NCBI GenBank assembly: GCA_052279835.1
Contig: CP181291.1
Span: 5,856,001-5,920,000 of the forward strand
From: Microcoleus sp.
GTDB taxonomy: Bacteria; Cyanobacteriota; Cyanobacteriia; Cyanobacteriales; Microcoleaceae
Direction of reading: 5' to 3'
Length of the DNA stretch: 64,000 nt
The notes beneath the pieces were generated by a model that was not told where the DNA came from, searched no databases, and saw only the letters and a program-made list of their open reading frames with translations. Below are positions 19,262 to 27,926 of this stretch, piece after piece (the stretch's first letter is position 1; the number at the start of each line of letters is the position of its first letter). Made by a program: the position numbers and the translations under genes.

Positions 19262-20977
19262 CACAGGTAAGTTTTCCTCTTGTTTGCGATCGCCCGCTGC
19301 GAGATTTTTTTCCTCTGGTTGCATCACTGCTAGCAAATTTTGGAAATTCTCTTCAGTGTATCCTCTTTCTAGCCAATCCTGATTTTGGAGCACAGAATAA
19401 ACTTTATTTAACTGCTCGTAAGCTTTGCTATTAGTTTTAAACAACTTGGTCAAATGCTCTTTGAGAGTAATAGCAATGGAGTCTTCTACCCTAGCAGCTT
19501 TGGTATTTGGATTTAGCTGCGGATTTTTAAACACCAGATGACTTTTGAGTATTTCAATTTTATTTCCATCTGGTTTTTGAGTTTTGAGCATCGCCAAAAT
19601 TTCCCTGCAAGCCTTGGTTGTTAATTGCTCAGTCACGTACTGCATTAAAACATAGTGTAGCACAAACTCAGTTTGACCTTTGCCGGCGTTTTTATCAATC
19701 AACTCCCGGCGCAGCAGGGAAGATAGGGCTTCTAAAATTTCTGACTTAGATACGGGGAATAACAGATATTCCACTAACTGTTCTAAAGAAACCGGGGAAG
19801 CTTGGATCGCCAACCAATACAGAATTGCTTTTTCTAAATCTTCCAATCGTTCAAACTGGTCGTTTAATAAAGCCTTGATTCCTCCAAATACAAAAGTTTG
19901 GCGTTTGAGAAAGTCGGAAACTTTGCCGTTAAACAATTCCCGAATGGCGGGAGCTACAAGTTTTAACTCCAAGGGATTTCCTTGATATATCTTAATGAGT
20001 TCTGTCCATTTGTTCTCATCAGATAAGCCTTGAGCTTTAAAAAGTTCTCGTGCTTCTATCTCGTTCAAACCAGGCAGTTTTAAAGCTCGCACCGGCGAAC
20101 GATCGCCCACGAGCAGATCGATCGCCTCCGGTACTTCCCGCGTGACGACGACTAAGCAGCTTTGATGCTGTTGTGCTGCAATTCTTTGGATTAATTCCCC
20201 ATACTTCTCATAGCCTTCTCGATAATGTCCGGCTAACTTAGTCGGTTCTAAGATTGTTTCCCACCCATCAAACACCATCAGACATCGGAACTCTCGCAAC
20301 TTTTCTATGAGTTGGGAGATTCTTTGATCTACATCAACGGGTAAGTTAATTTGGGGCGATCGCTCAAAATCTGGCATCAAGGAAGTTAACAAATGAGCGA
20401 GCGTTGGTGCTTGACGGAGCGATCGCCAAATCACGAACTGAAATTTTCCCTGAATTTGTTGGGCTAACTTTACCGAGAGACTTGTCTTCCCAATCCCACC
20501 GACTCCACTCAAAACTACCAACCGACATTGTTCTGCGAGAATCCACGTCGCCAGGGAGTTGAACTCTTTAGTGCGGCCGCAAAAAACGGGAATATCTGGA
20601 GCTTCACCCCAATCAACCAGGGTGCTCTGAGGAATTCCCCCAGACATCGAGCCAGAGTCAGACAGCCGTTGTGCTGGAGGTGACATCATGTGGGCTGGTA
20701 GTTTGACGAAGGGCGATCGTAAATGTCGCCCCAAAGCGGCACGGAAATTGGTTTTGCTGACTTCTTCTCGAAAAATTTCCGAAAGCAATTTCCAGAACTT
20801 GGGCCCGACATCTCGCATCAGGTAATTCATCTTATATTGAGAATTTTCCGCCATTTGCTCGTAGGTCATCCCCAGACACGCCCCGCGCAGAATCGTTACT
20901 TCCGGGTCGCTGAGGTGTCTTTCGGTTTCCGCAAAAACCACGAGATCCATAAGTTTGAGAGTTTCTTCAAAATCCAT
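19259..20977 (-). CDS. wHTH + NB-ARC (STAND ATPase) protein without WD40 repeats
   Basis: N-terminal HLSDPEVTILRG..GMTYEQMA..VGPKFWKLLS helical domain; Walker A GVGGIGKT, Walker B LMVFDGWE, GNPLELKL. Confidence 0.85.
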   Translation of the reverse strand: MDFEETLKLMDLVVFAETERHLSDPEVTILRGACLGMTYEQMAENSQYKMNYLMRDVGPKFWKLLSEIFREEVSKTNFRAALGRHLRSPFVKLPAHMMSPPAQRLSDSGSMSGGIPQSTLVDWGEAPDIPVFCGRTKEFNSLATWILAEQCRLVVLSGVGGIGKTSLSVKLAQQIQGKFQFVIWRSLRQAPTLAHLLTSLMPDFERSPQINLPVDVDQRISQLIEKLREFRCLMVFDGWETILEPTKLAGHYREGYEKYGELIQRIAAQQHQSCLVVVTREVPEAIDLLVGDRSPVRALKLPGLNEIEARELFKAQGLSDENKWTELIKIYQGNPLELKLVAPAIRELFNGKVSDFLKRQTFVFGGIKALLNDQFERLEDLEKAILYWLAIQASPVSLEQLVEYLLFPVSKSEILEALSSLLRRELIDKNAGKGQTEFVLHYVLMQYVTEQLTTKACREILAMLKTQKPDGNKIEILKSHLVFKNPQLNPNTKAARVEDSIAITLKEHLTKLFKTNSKAYEQLNKVYSVLQNQDWLERGYTEENFQNLLAVMQPEEKNLAAGDRKQEENLPV

Positions 20978-21209
20978 TGCTTTGTTAGAGGTTGTGCTCT
21001 AGTGTCCTGACTGACTTCACCATAACCCTAAGTTAACAAAGCTTTTTAGCTAACTGACTTATGTCATTTTATTAGATACATAAGTATGTTATTTTTAAAT
21101 ATTTATTACTACAAATTTCAGTAAGGTTGTGGAGAATGATGGGTCAAGTGTTTGAGTTCTTCTCTATGCTCGCCACCTACAAGCCAAAAAAGAATTTTCC
21201 TCGAAACAC

Positions 21210-21238
21210 TTGACAAAGTGACGCACATACCATAGATT
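21210..21238 (+). promoter_or_regulatory. sigma70-type promoter of tRNA-Leu
   Basis: TTGACA (21210-21215), 17-bp spacer, TAGATT (21233-21238), just upstream of the tRNA. Confidence 0.7.
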
Positions 21239-21255
21239 AGTAAATCGTGGTTGAT

Positions 21256-21337
21256 GCGGAACTGGCGGAATTGGTAGACGCGCATGATTCAGGTTCATGT
21301 GGTGCAAGCCTTCCGGGTTCAAGTCCCGGGTTCCGCA
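21256..21337 (+). tRNA. trnL: tRNA-Leu(CAG)
   Basis: GCGGAAC...GTTCCGCA acceptor stem, TGGTAGAC D-loop, CATGA-TTCAGGT-TCATG anticodon arm, long variable arm, GGTTCAAGTCC T-arm. Confidence 0.97.
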
Positions 21338-21410
21338 TTCTCAAGGCAGGCAGTAGTTTGGGGTGATGCCGAGGCAGGCAATAACCCCATCCACTCTGCT
21401 AAATTAAACA

Positions 21411-22187
21411 ATGCTGACAAGTATTCAAAATCCCCTAGTCAAGGAAATCCGCAAGCTCCATAGCTCGAAGGGACGCAGGGAACAACAATTATTTTTACTG
21501 GAAGGGACTCATCTGCTGGAGGAAGCTTGTGGGGTGAATTATCCCCTAGCAACGGTTTGCAGCACTCCTGAGTGGGTTGAGCAACATGGGAAATTGTGGG
21601 AGCTGGCTTGTAGTTTGGCCGATCGCACAGAGTTAGTCAATATGAAGGTGTTGGAGTCGATCGCTACTACAGTCCAACCCGATGGTATAGTCGCCACCGC
21701 ACGTCGCACCGCTACTCCACCAGCAGAATTCTCCACTTTGGGGATAGCTTTAGAAACCATTCAAGATCCTGGTAACTTGGGGGCGATCGTCCGCACGGCT
21801 GCGGCTGCTAATGCTGACGGTTTGTTACTGAGTGCAGATAGTGCGGATCTGGATCATCCCAAGGTGCTGCGAGCTTCCGCAGGAGCCTGGTTTAAACTAC
21901 CCATGACAGTTAGTCCCGATTTAATGGCGGAAGTTTCTCGATCGAAAAATCGAGGGATGCAAATTTTAGCCACAGTCCCTGATGCGACTTTAACTTATTG
22001 GGAAGTAGATTTGCGATTGCCGACTCTGATCGTTTTGGGCAATGAAGGCTCTGGTTTGTCGGGCCAATTGAGGAATTTGGCCGATCGACAAATCCAAATT
22101 CCTTTGAGTCGGGGCGTAGAATCCTTGAATGTGTCGATCGCTAGCGCCCTGATTTTATACGAAGCTCAAAGACAAAGAAGTTATTAG
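21411..22187 (+). CDS. TrmH/SpoU family RNA methyltransferase
   Basis: IQDPGNLGAIVRTA, LGNEGSGL and VESLNVSIA motifs. Confidence 0.93.
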   Translation: MLTSIQNPLVKEIRKLHSSKGRREQQLFLLEGTHLLEEACGVNYPLATVCSTPEWVEQHGKLWELACSLADRTELVNMKVLESIATTVQPDGIVATARRTATPPAEFSTLGIALETIQDPGNLGAIVRTAAAANADGLLLSADSADLDHPKVLRASAGAWFKLPMTVSPDLMAEVSRSKNRGMQILATVPDATLTYWEVDLRLPTLIVLGNEGSGLSGQLRNLADRQIQIPLSRGVESLNVSIASALILYEAQRQRSY

Positions 22188-22559
22188 TCAACAGTCCACT
22201 CTCAACCGTCATCTGCCCACAAATTCTGCCATTTTGTACACTTTGATGCAATTTTTCAGCTAGGAAAGCGGATACTCTCCTAGCATTGCAACTCATGCTC
22301 AGAGAAAATAAATGTAAAGAAATATAGCCAACCACTCTCAGAAATGTTAAGATTCTTAACATAAGTAGCATTGTTAACCCCCCAAGCAAAACCCAACCTG
22401 AGACGGGGGCGACAGGGAGTAGCAGCTAGCTACCATAAAATGAAGCCTCTTTAAATGCAAGGAAAGCGCAAGTCCCCGCCCGCTTTCCGTACCAGAAGAA
22501 GCTAGGGGTTTGCTACACAGCAAACCTTTAGAGGCACTGATCCTCAGCGGGAAAAGCTC

Positions 22560-23519
22560 ATGAAAACTCTTAAGTCCTCAGATACAGATTCTGTTCGCGC
22601 TTACTTGCGAGAAATTGGCCGCGTTCCCCTGTTGACCCATGAGCAAGAAATACTCTATGGGAAACAGGTACAGCGATCGACTGCACTGAATCAGGAGAAA
22701 TATATTCTCGCCGAAGAGTTAGGCCGCGACCCAACGACGGCCGAATGGGCACAGGCAGTTGGGCTGTCTGAGGCACAGTTGCAGCGGACGATCGAACACG
22801 GGGAAAGAGCCAAGCGGCAAATGGTGGAAGCCAATCTGCGGCTGGTGGTGTCGGTTGCTAAGAAATATATCAAGCGCAACGTAGACTTACTGGATCTAAT
22901 TCAGGAAGGCACTATTGGAATGCAGCGAGGAGTCGAAAAATTTGACCCGACTAAGGGTTATAGATTTTCTACTTATGCCTATTGGTGGATTCGTCAAGCG
23001 ATTACGCGGGCGATCGCCGAAAAAGGCCGCACCATCCGCTTACCAATTCACATCACCGAAAAGCTCAACAAAATTAAAAAAGCCCAACGCCAACTTGCTC
23101 AACAGCTAGGCCGGGCTGCCACTGCGGCGGAGTTGTCCCAGGAGTTAGATTTAACTCCCAAGCAAATTCGGGAATATCTAGAACGAGCTCGTTTGCCACT
23201 TTCCCTTGATTTGCGCGTGGGAGATAATCAAGATACTGAGTTGGGCGATTTATTGGAAGATACCGGTACTTCCCCGGAAGATTTTGCTCTGCAATCTTCC
23301 CTGCGGACGGATTTGGATCATCTGATGGCAGAATTGACTCCCCAACAGCGGCAAGTGCTGGCCTTGCGGTTTGGTTTGGAAGATGGGCAAACTCTCACCT
23401 TGGCAAAAATAGGCGATCGGCTTAACATCAGCCGGGAACGAGTGCGGCAAATAGAACGAGAAGCTTTGACTAAACTCCGCAAACGAAAGCAAGATATCAA
23501 CGATTATCTAGCCAGCTAG
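22560..23519 (+). CDS. sigD: Group 2 RNA polymerase sigma factor (SigD-like)
   Basis: [56 protein letters not shown]; no region 1.1. Confidence 0.85.
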   Translation: MKTLKSSDTDSVRAYLREIGRVPLLTHEQEILYGKQVQRSTALNQEKYILAEELGRDPTTAEWAQAVGLSEAQLQRTIEHGERAKRQMVEANLRLVVSVAKKYIKRNVDLLDLIQEGTIGMQRGVEKFDPTKGYRFSTYAYWWIRQAITRAIAEKGRTIRLPIHITEKLNKIKKAQRQLAQQLGRAATAAELSQELDLTPKQIREYLERARLPLSLDLRVGDNQDTELGDLLEDTGTSPEDFALQSSLRTDLDHLMAELTPQQRQVLALRFGLEDGQTLTLAKIGDRLNISRERVRQIEREALTKLRKRKQDINDYLAS

Positions 23520-23738
23520 GTAGATTGGGGACTGGCGATGGGCTTAGACTTTCGCCATCCCCAATCTAACATCGTAAAAACCGTCTTCTTAAATTCGGTT
23601 GTGCCCACTTCGTTGTTATCACCGTCCTGCTACATTAGTAATTACTTGGTAAGAAAGATAAGCAGCCAGTAAATAAGGTTATTGAAATTAACCGGGCTGT
23701 CTCTAAAATCAACAACTGTCTCTGAAACGGAGGTTCTC

Positions 23739-24080
23739 GTGAGTAATTCATCTAACAAATCCCCAGAATTTTTTGAAGAAGACGGAGAAAATTCTAATTT
23801 ACTGTGGCAGTACGTGCAGTCCATGGCTCCAGACACCGTTTCTCAGTTGTCAAAGCCAAATTCTCACGAAGTTTTTCAAGTAATGGAGCGAAATATTGTC
23901 GGACTATTGGGCAATTTACCTTCGGAACACTTCGGGGTTACAGTCACTACCAGTCGCGAGCATTTGGGTAGATTGTTGGCTTCGGCGATGATTAGCGGTT
24001 ATTTTCTCAAGAATGCCGAACAACGAATGACTTTTGAAAAGTCTATGCAAGCTAGTGAAATACACGGTTCTGATGATTAA
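23739..24080 (+). CDS. DUF760 domain protein
   Basis: NLLWQYVQSM...ERNIVGLLGNLP...LGRLLASAMISGYFL; GTG start behind GGAGG. Confidence 0.85.
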   Translation: MSNSSNKSPEFFEEDGENSNLLWQYVQSMAPDTVSQLSKPNSHEVFQVMERNIVGLLGNLPSEHFGVTVTTSREHLGRLLASAMISGYFLKNAEQRMTFEKSMQASEIHGSDD

Positions 24081-24110
24081 ATTGTTAACAGTTAAATAGT
24101 CGAAGACTCA

Positions 24111-24136
24111 AGCCCCCCATCACCAGATGGGGGGCT
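24111..24136 (+). terminator. Hairpin downstream of the DUF760 gene
   Basis: AGCCCCCCATC-ACCA-GATGGGGGGCT followed by T-rich sequence. Confidence 0.6.
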
Positions 24137-24137
24137 A

Positions 24138-24385
24138 TTGTTATTTGTTAGTTGTTAGTTGTTATTGGTTAGTTGTTATTGGTTATTTGTTGGTTGTTAT
24201 TGGTTAGTTGTTAGTTGTTGGTTGTTATTCTTTGTTATAGAAAGAAAAGATAATCCCTAATTAATAACCAATAACCAATAACCATTAACCAATAACCAAT
24301 AACAAATAACCAATAACAAATAACCAATCACCAATCACCAATAACAAATAACCAATCACCAATCACCAATCACCAATCACCAATA
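24138..24385. repeat. Heptamer tandem repeats (STRR-type) arranged as an inverted pair
   Basis: GTTAGTT/GGTTATT array (about 24138-24228) followed by an AATAACC/AATCACC array (about 24263-24385). Confidence 0.85.
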
Positions 24386-24392
24386 AATTAAT

Positions 24393-24809
24393 ATGTCTCT
24401 TTCTTCTTTACCTCACAAAGTCATCGGCGTTGCTGTCATCTGGAACGAACAAGGAAAAATTTTGATTGACAAAAGACGCCCACAAGGACTACACGGCGGT
24501 TTTTGGGAGTTTCCCGGTGGTAAAATAGAGCCTGGGGAAACCATGGAAGCTTGTATTGAACGGGAAATTATGGAGGAGTTGGGGATCGTCATCGCAGTTG
24601 GTGCGAGCTTGATGACGATCGAACACGACTACACTAATTTTACAGTGACGCTTTGCGTGCACAACTGCCGCTACCTCAGCGGTGAACCGCAAACCCTGGA
24701 ATGTGATGAAATTCGCTGGGTGACGCTAGAGGAAATTGACCAATTTACTTTTCCCAAAGCCAACGAACAAATTATTGCTGTTCTCCGTAAAAATGCTGGT
24801 GTTAACTGA
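24393..24809 (+). CDS. mutT: 8-oxo-dGTP diphosphatase (Nudix)
   Basis: Nudix box WEFPGGKIEPGETMEACIEREIMEELG; FPKAN C-terminus. Confidence 0.88.
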   Translation: MSLSSLPHKVIGVAVIWNEQGKILIDKRRPQGLHGGFWEFPGGKIEPGETMEACIEREIMEELGIVIAVGASLMTIEHDYTNFTVTLCVHNCRYLSGEPQTLECDEIRWVTLEEIDQFTFPKANEQIIAVLRKNAGVN

Positions 24810-24840
24810 TAACTGATAACTGATAACTGTTAACTAACTT

Positions 24841-26079
24841 TTATTTTTGAACTGGCAAAGTAAAGTGAAAACAACTGCCTTTGTCGGGGACTGAATCTAC
24901 CCAAATTTGACCGTAGTGGGCGCGGATGATGCCCTGACAAAGAGACAGTCCAATGCCGTAACCGTCTTGTGATTTGTCTCGCTGCAAGCGGAAGCTGTCT
25001 TCAAAAATGCTTTCGCAATTTTCTTGAGGAATTCCCGGTCCGCTGTTACCAATGCTGACTTGGACTTTGTAAGCAGTGCGGTGGAGCATGGAAATTGTCA
25101 CAGTTCCTTGCTCTGGGGTATACTTGCTGGCGTTGTCGAGCAGGTTGGCAATCACTTGTTTGATGCGATCGGGATCGGCATAAACCAAGGGCAAATCTGG
25201 AGGAATGTCTGTCTCCAAGTTGAGATTTTTAGCTTGAAATTTGTCTTGAAACTGAAGCAGTACATCTTGACAAATTTTCCCCAGTTCGATTTTTTTGGGT
25301 GCCATGTGCAGTTGGGCGTTTGTACCCCTAGCTGCTTGCAGGATATCTGTAATCATGCGATCGACAATCCGAATTTGCCGCCGAGCTTGTTTCATCAAAT
25401 GAGTCGCCAGAGTGGGTGTCAAACGTGATGTTTCCCCCTTTTTCACCTTCTGATGCGACTCCAAAGTTTCCAAAGCCAAAGAAGCAGCCGTCAAAGGATT
25501 GCGGAGATCGTGGGCGAGCATGGCAATAATGCGGTCTTTCAACTGCAACTGTTCTTGCAGGTGTTCTGTTTCCTGTTTGAGGCGAAAAACTTCATCCGAA
25601 AGTTGCACCAGTTCCACGGCGCAAGCAACCGAATAAATCGGTTTTGGCTCTGCCCCAGTGTCAGGCGGAGATGTTGGAGACTGTTGCTGAGCGGTGTATT
25701 CTTCTACAGACAACAACCAACGGGGCCACCAGTGCTCCAATTGGGCGCTCAAATTACTGCCGGCGAGGGTTTGTCGCGGAGCAGGATGGATTTTGAGCAG
25801 GGAAGGAGTGGCCAGGAGTTTAAAGTGTTCCGCCAAATCAGGCTGTTCCCCGACGTCGATGATTTGAAGTTCAAAGTTCCACTCTGCCTTCAAATCTGTT
25901 AGGGATTTGCGGATGTGTCTGGTTTGTTCCTTGGAAGAGGGACGCTTGTCTACGAACAGCAGAAGCTGTAAAACCGATTCGGAAGTGGCAGGCTGTTCAC
26001 GAGAACAGTCGGTATCACTTGTGCCGATGGTCGGATGGACGCTATGGAGCTTTTTGATCGGGTGAAAATAATTGACCAT
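24841..26079 (-). CDS. sasA: Circadian output histidine kinase SasA
   Basis: KaiB-like N-domain ([11 protein letters not shown]...[22 protein letters not shown]), H-box LAHDLRNPL, HATPase N/G boxes. Confidence 0.93.
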   Translation of the reverse strand: MVNYFHPIKKLHSVHPTIGTSDTDCSREQPATSESVLQLLLFVDKRPSSKEQTRHIRKSLTDLKAEWNFELQIIDVGEQPDLAEHFKLLATPSLLKIHPAPRQTLAGSNLSAQLEHWWPRWLLSVEEYTAQQQSPTSPPDTGAEPKPIYSVACAVELVQLSDEVFRLKQETEHLQEQLQLKDRIIAMLAHDLRNPLTAASLALETLESHQKVKKGETSRLTPTLATHLMKQARRQIRIVDRMITDILQAARGTNAQLHMAPKKIELGKICQDVLLQFQDKFQAKNLNLETDIPPDLPLVYADPDRIKQVIANLLDNASKYTPEQGTVTISMLHRTAYKVQVSIGNSGPGIPQENCESIFEDSFRLQRDKSQDGYGIGLSLCQGIIRAHYGQIWVDSVPDKGSCFHFTLPVQK

Positions 26080-26167
26080 TGCCGAGCCCAGTTATTTCAC
26101 TTCTACTTTAATTTAATACCTCCTTTAGATTTATGCTAATCTCCGATAATTTGATGAGGGCGGATGG

Positions 26168-27856
26168 ATGATATTTTTGAGTGGCAAGCAAAATTCGTCG
26201 CTGCATGAGGTGATGAAGGTGGCGGCGGGGTTTTTTGTGCTGTGCTTATTACTGACGCTGCACCGCTACTACAGCTTTTATGCCACTTACGACCAAGGCA
26301 TTTTTAATCAACTGTTTTGGAATGGTAGTCACGGTCGCTTGTTTGAGAGTTCTCTCTCTTCGGCTTTGTCTACTAACGTGGTTCACCAAAATCAGGTCCC
26401 AGAAGTATTTTACTATCGGTTAGGGCAGCACTTCACTCCGGCGCTGATGCTGTGGCTGCCAATTTACTCCCTGTTTCCCTCTCCTGTGACTTTGACGGTG
26501 TTGCAGGTGACTTTGATTACGGCGGCTGGTTTAGTGCTCTACGCTCTTGCCAGACACTATCTAGAGCGCCGGCTATCGGCGGCCATTGTGGTCAGCTATT
26601 ACTGTGCTAATGCGGTAATTGGCCCGACTTTGGGCAATTTTCATGATGTTTGCCAAATTCCGCTTTATGTTTTTAGCTTGCTACTGGCGATGGAAAAGCG
26701 CTGGTGGCCGCTGTTTGGGATTTTGGCAACTTTAATTTTGGCCGTGCGGGAAGATGGGGGTGTGGTGTTATTTGGGGTGGGAGTTTACCTGATTTTGAGT
26801 CGGCGCTACCCTCTGACTGGCTTGGCTGTGTGCGTTCTCAGTTTTGGTTACATGATTTTGTTGACTAATGCGATTATGCCGTTATTTTCTGCTGATATCT
26901 CCCAGCGGTTTATGATAGAACGCTTCGGTCAATATGCCGATGGAGAAGAAGCTTCGACTCTCGACATTATTTGGGGAATGGTGAGCAATCCTTGGCGGTT
27001 GGTTGAACAATTATTTACGCCGTTTTTTGGTAAAATCAAATACCTGCTTGGTCAGTGGTTGCCCTTAGCTTTGGTTCCTGCTTTCGCACCCGCTTCTTGG
27101 ACGATCGCTGGATTCCCCCTGCTGAAGCTATTTTTAGCTAAAGGAGAGTCGGTATTGGCGATCAATATTCGCTATGCGATGACTGTGGTGCCTGGGCTGT
27201 TTTATGGGACGATCCTGTGGTGGGCCGATCGCCAACAGGAAGAAGATAAAATTAGAATGGGAGAAGAAACCATCTTGCGTTTTCCTTCTGCGGTGTTGCC
27301 TTTCCCTTCTTCTGCAAAATTTCGCCGATTTTGGGCGTTTTGTATCTGCTTGTCACTATTTTTCACCTTCACATCTAACCCAAATCGGACTTTTTCGTTT
27401 ATTTTGCCCGATGCGATCGCTCCTTGGGTGCAGGTTCCTTTGATCAGACAGTGGCAACACGTTTTTCAGGTGCGCCCTCTGTTGGCTCAAATTCCTGCCG
27501 ATGCAAGTGTCTCAGCCACTAACACGATTGTGCCGATTTTGTCAAGCCGTCGCGAAATTCTCAGGTTTCCGATGTTGGAATTGCGGAATGATGCCAGGGA
27601 GATAGTGAAGATGGAATATGCGATCGTGGATATGTGGCAGTTACAACAGTATCAGGCGGCATTTCGCGCGGAACGGGGACAGTTGCAGGCGATCGTCCCT
27701 CAAATCGATCGAATGTCCAACTCTGGAGAGTACGGCATTATTGGCTTTGAAGACGGCACGATTTTGATGCAAAAGGGTGCTGCTTCTAACTCTGCATCGG
27801 TGACGGCTTGGGCTAGTTTTCGTCGCCAATTGGAGCCGATTTTGAACAAAAAATAG
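26168..27856 (+). CDS. DUF2079 family membrane protein (GT-C-like)
   Basis: YDQGIFNQLFWN, LGQHFTP, NFHD and AVRED motifs; multiple TM helices. Confidence 0.8.
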   Translation: MIFLSGKQNSSLHEVMKVAAGFFVLCLLLTLHRYYSFYATYDQGIFNQLFWNGSHGRLFESSLSSALSTNVVHQNQVPEVFYYRLGQHFTPALMLWLPIYSLFPSPVTLTVLQVTLITAAGLVLYALARHYLERRLSAAIVVSYYCANAVIGPTLGNFHDVCQIPLYVFSLLLAMEKRWWPLFGILATLILAVREDGGVVLFGVGVYLILSRRYPLTGLAVCVLSFGYMILLTNAIMPLFSADISQRFMIERFGQYADGEEASTLDIIWGMVSNPWRLVEQLFTPFFGKIKYLLGQWLPLALVPAFAPASWTIAGFPLLKLFLAKGESVLAINIRYAMTVVPGLFYGTILWWADRQQEEDKIRMGEETILRFPSAVLPFPSSAKFRRFWAFCICLSLFFTFTSNPNRTFSFILPDAIAPWVQVPLIRQWQHVFQVRPLLAQIPADASVSATNTIVPILSSRREILRFPMLELRNDAREIVKMEYAIVDMWQLQQYQAAFRAERGQLQAIVPQIDRMSNSGEYGIIGFEDGTILMQKGAASNSASVTAWASFRRQLEPILNKK

Positions 27857-27926
27857 GCAGGGACTGGCGATCGCCATGGCTGTGTCTGTGGCAAAAATCT
27901 GGCATCAACCTGTTTTTTAGCTAGAC

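Noticed and set aside
21256..21337. tRNA-Leu as the attachment site of an integrated island covering the 12-21 kb cluster
   Set aside because: No integrase and no duplicated tRNA 3' end was seen, and the cluster lies on the 5' side of the tRNA.
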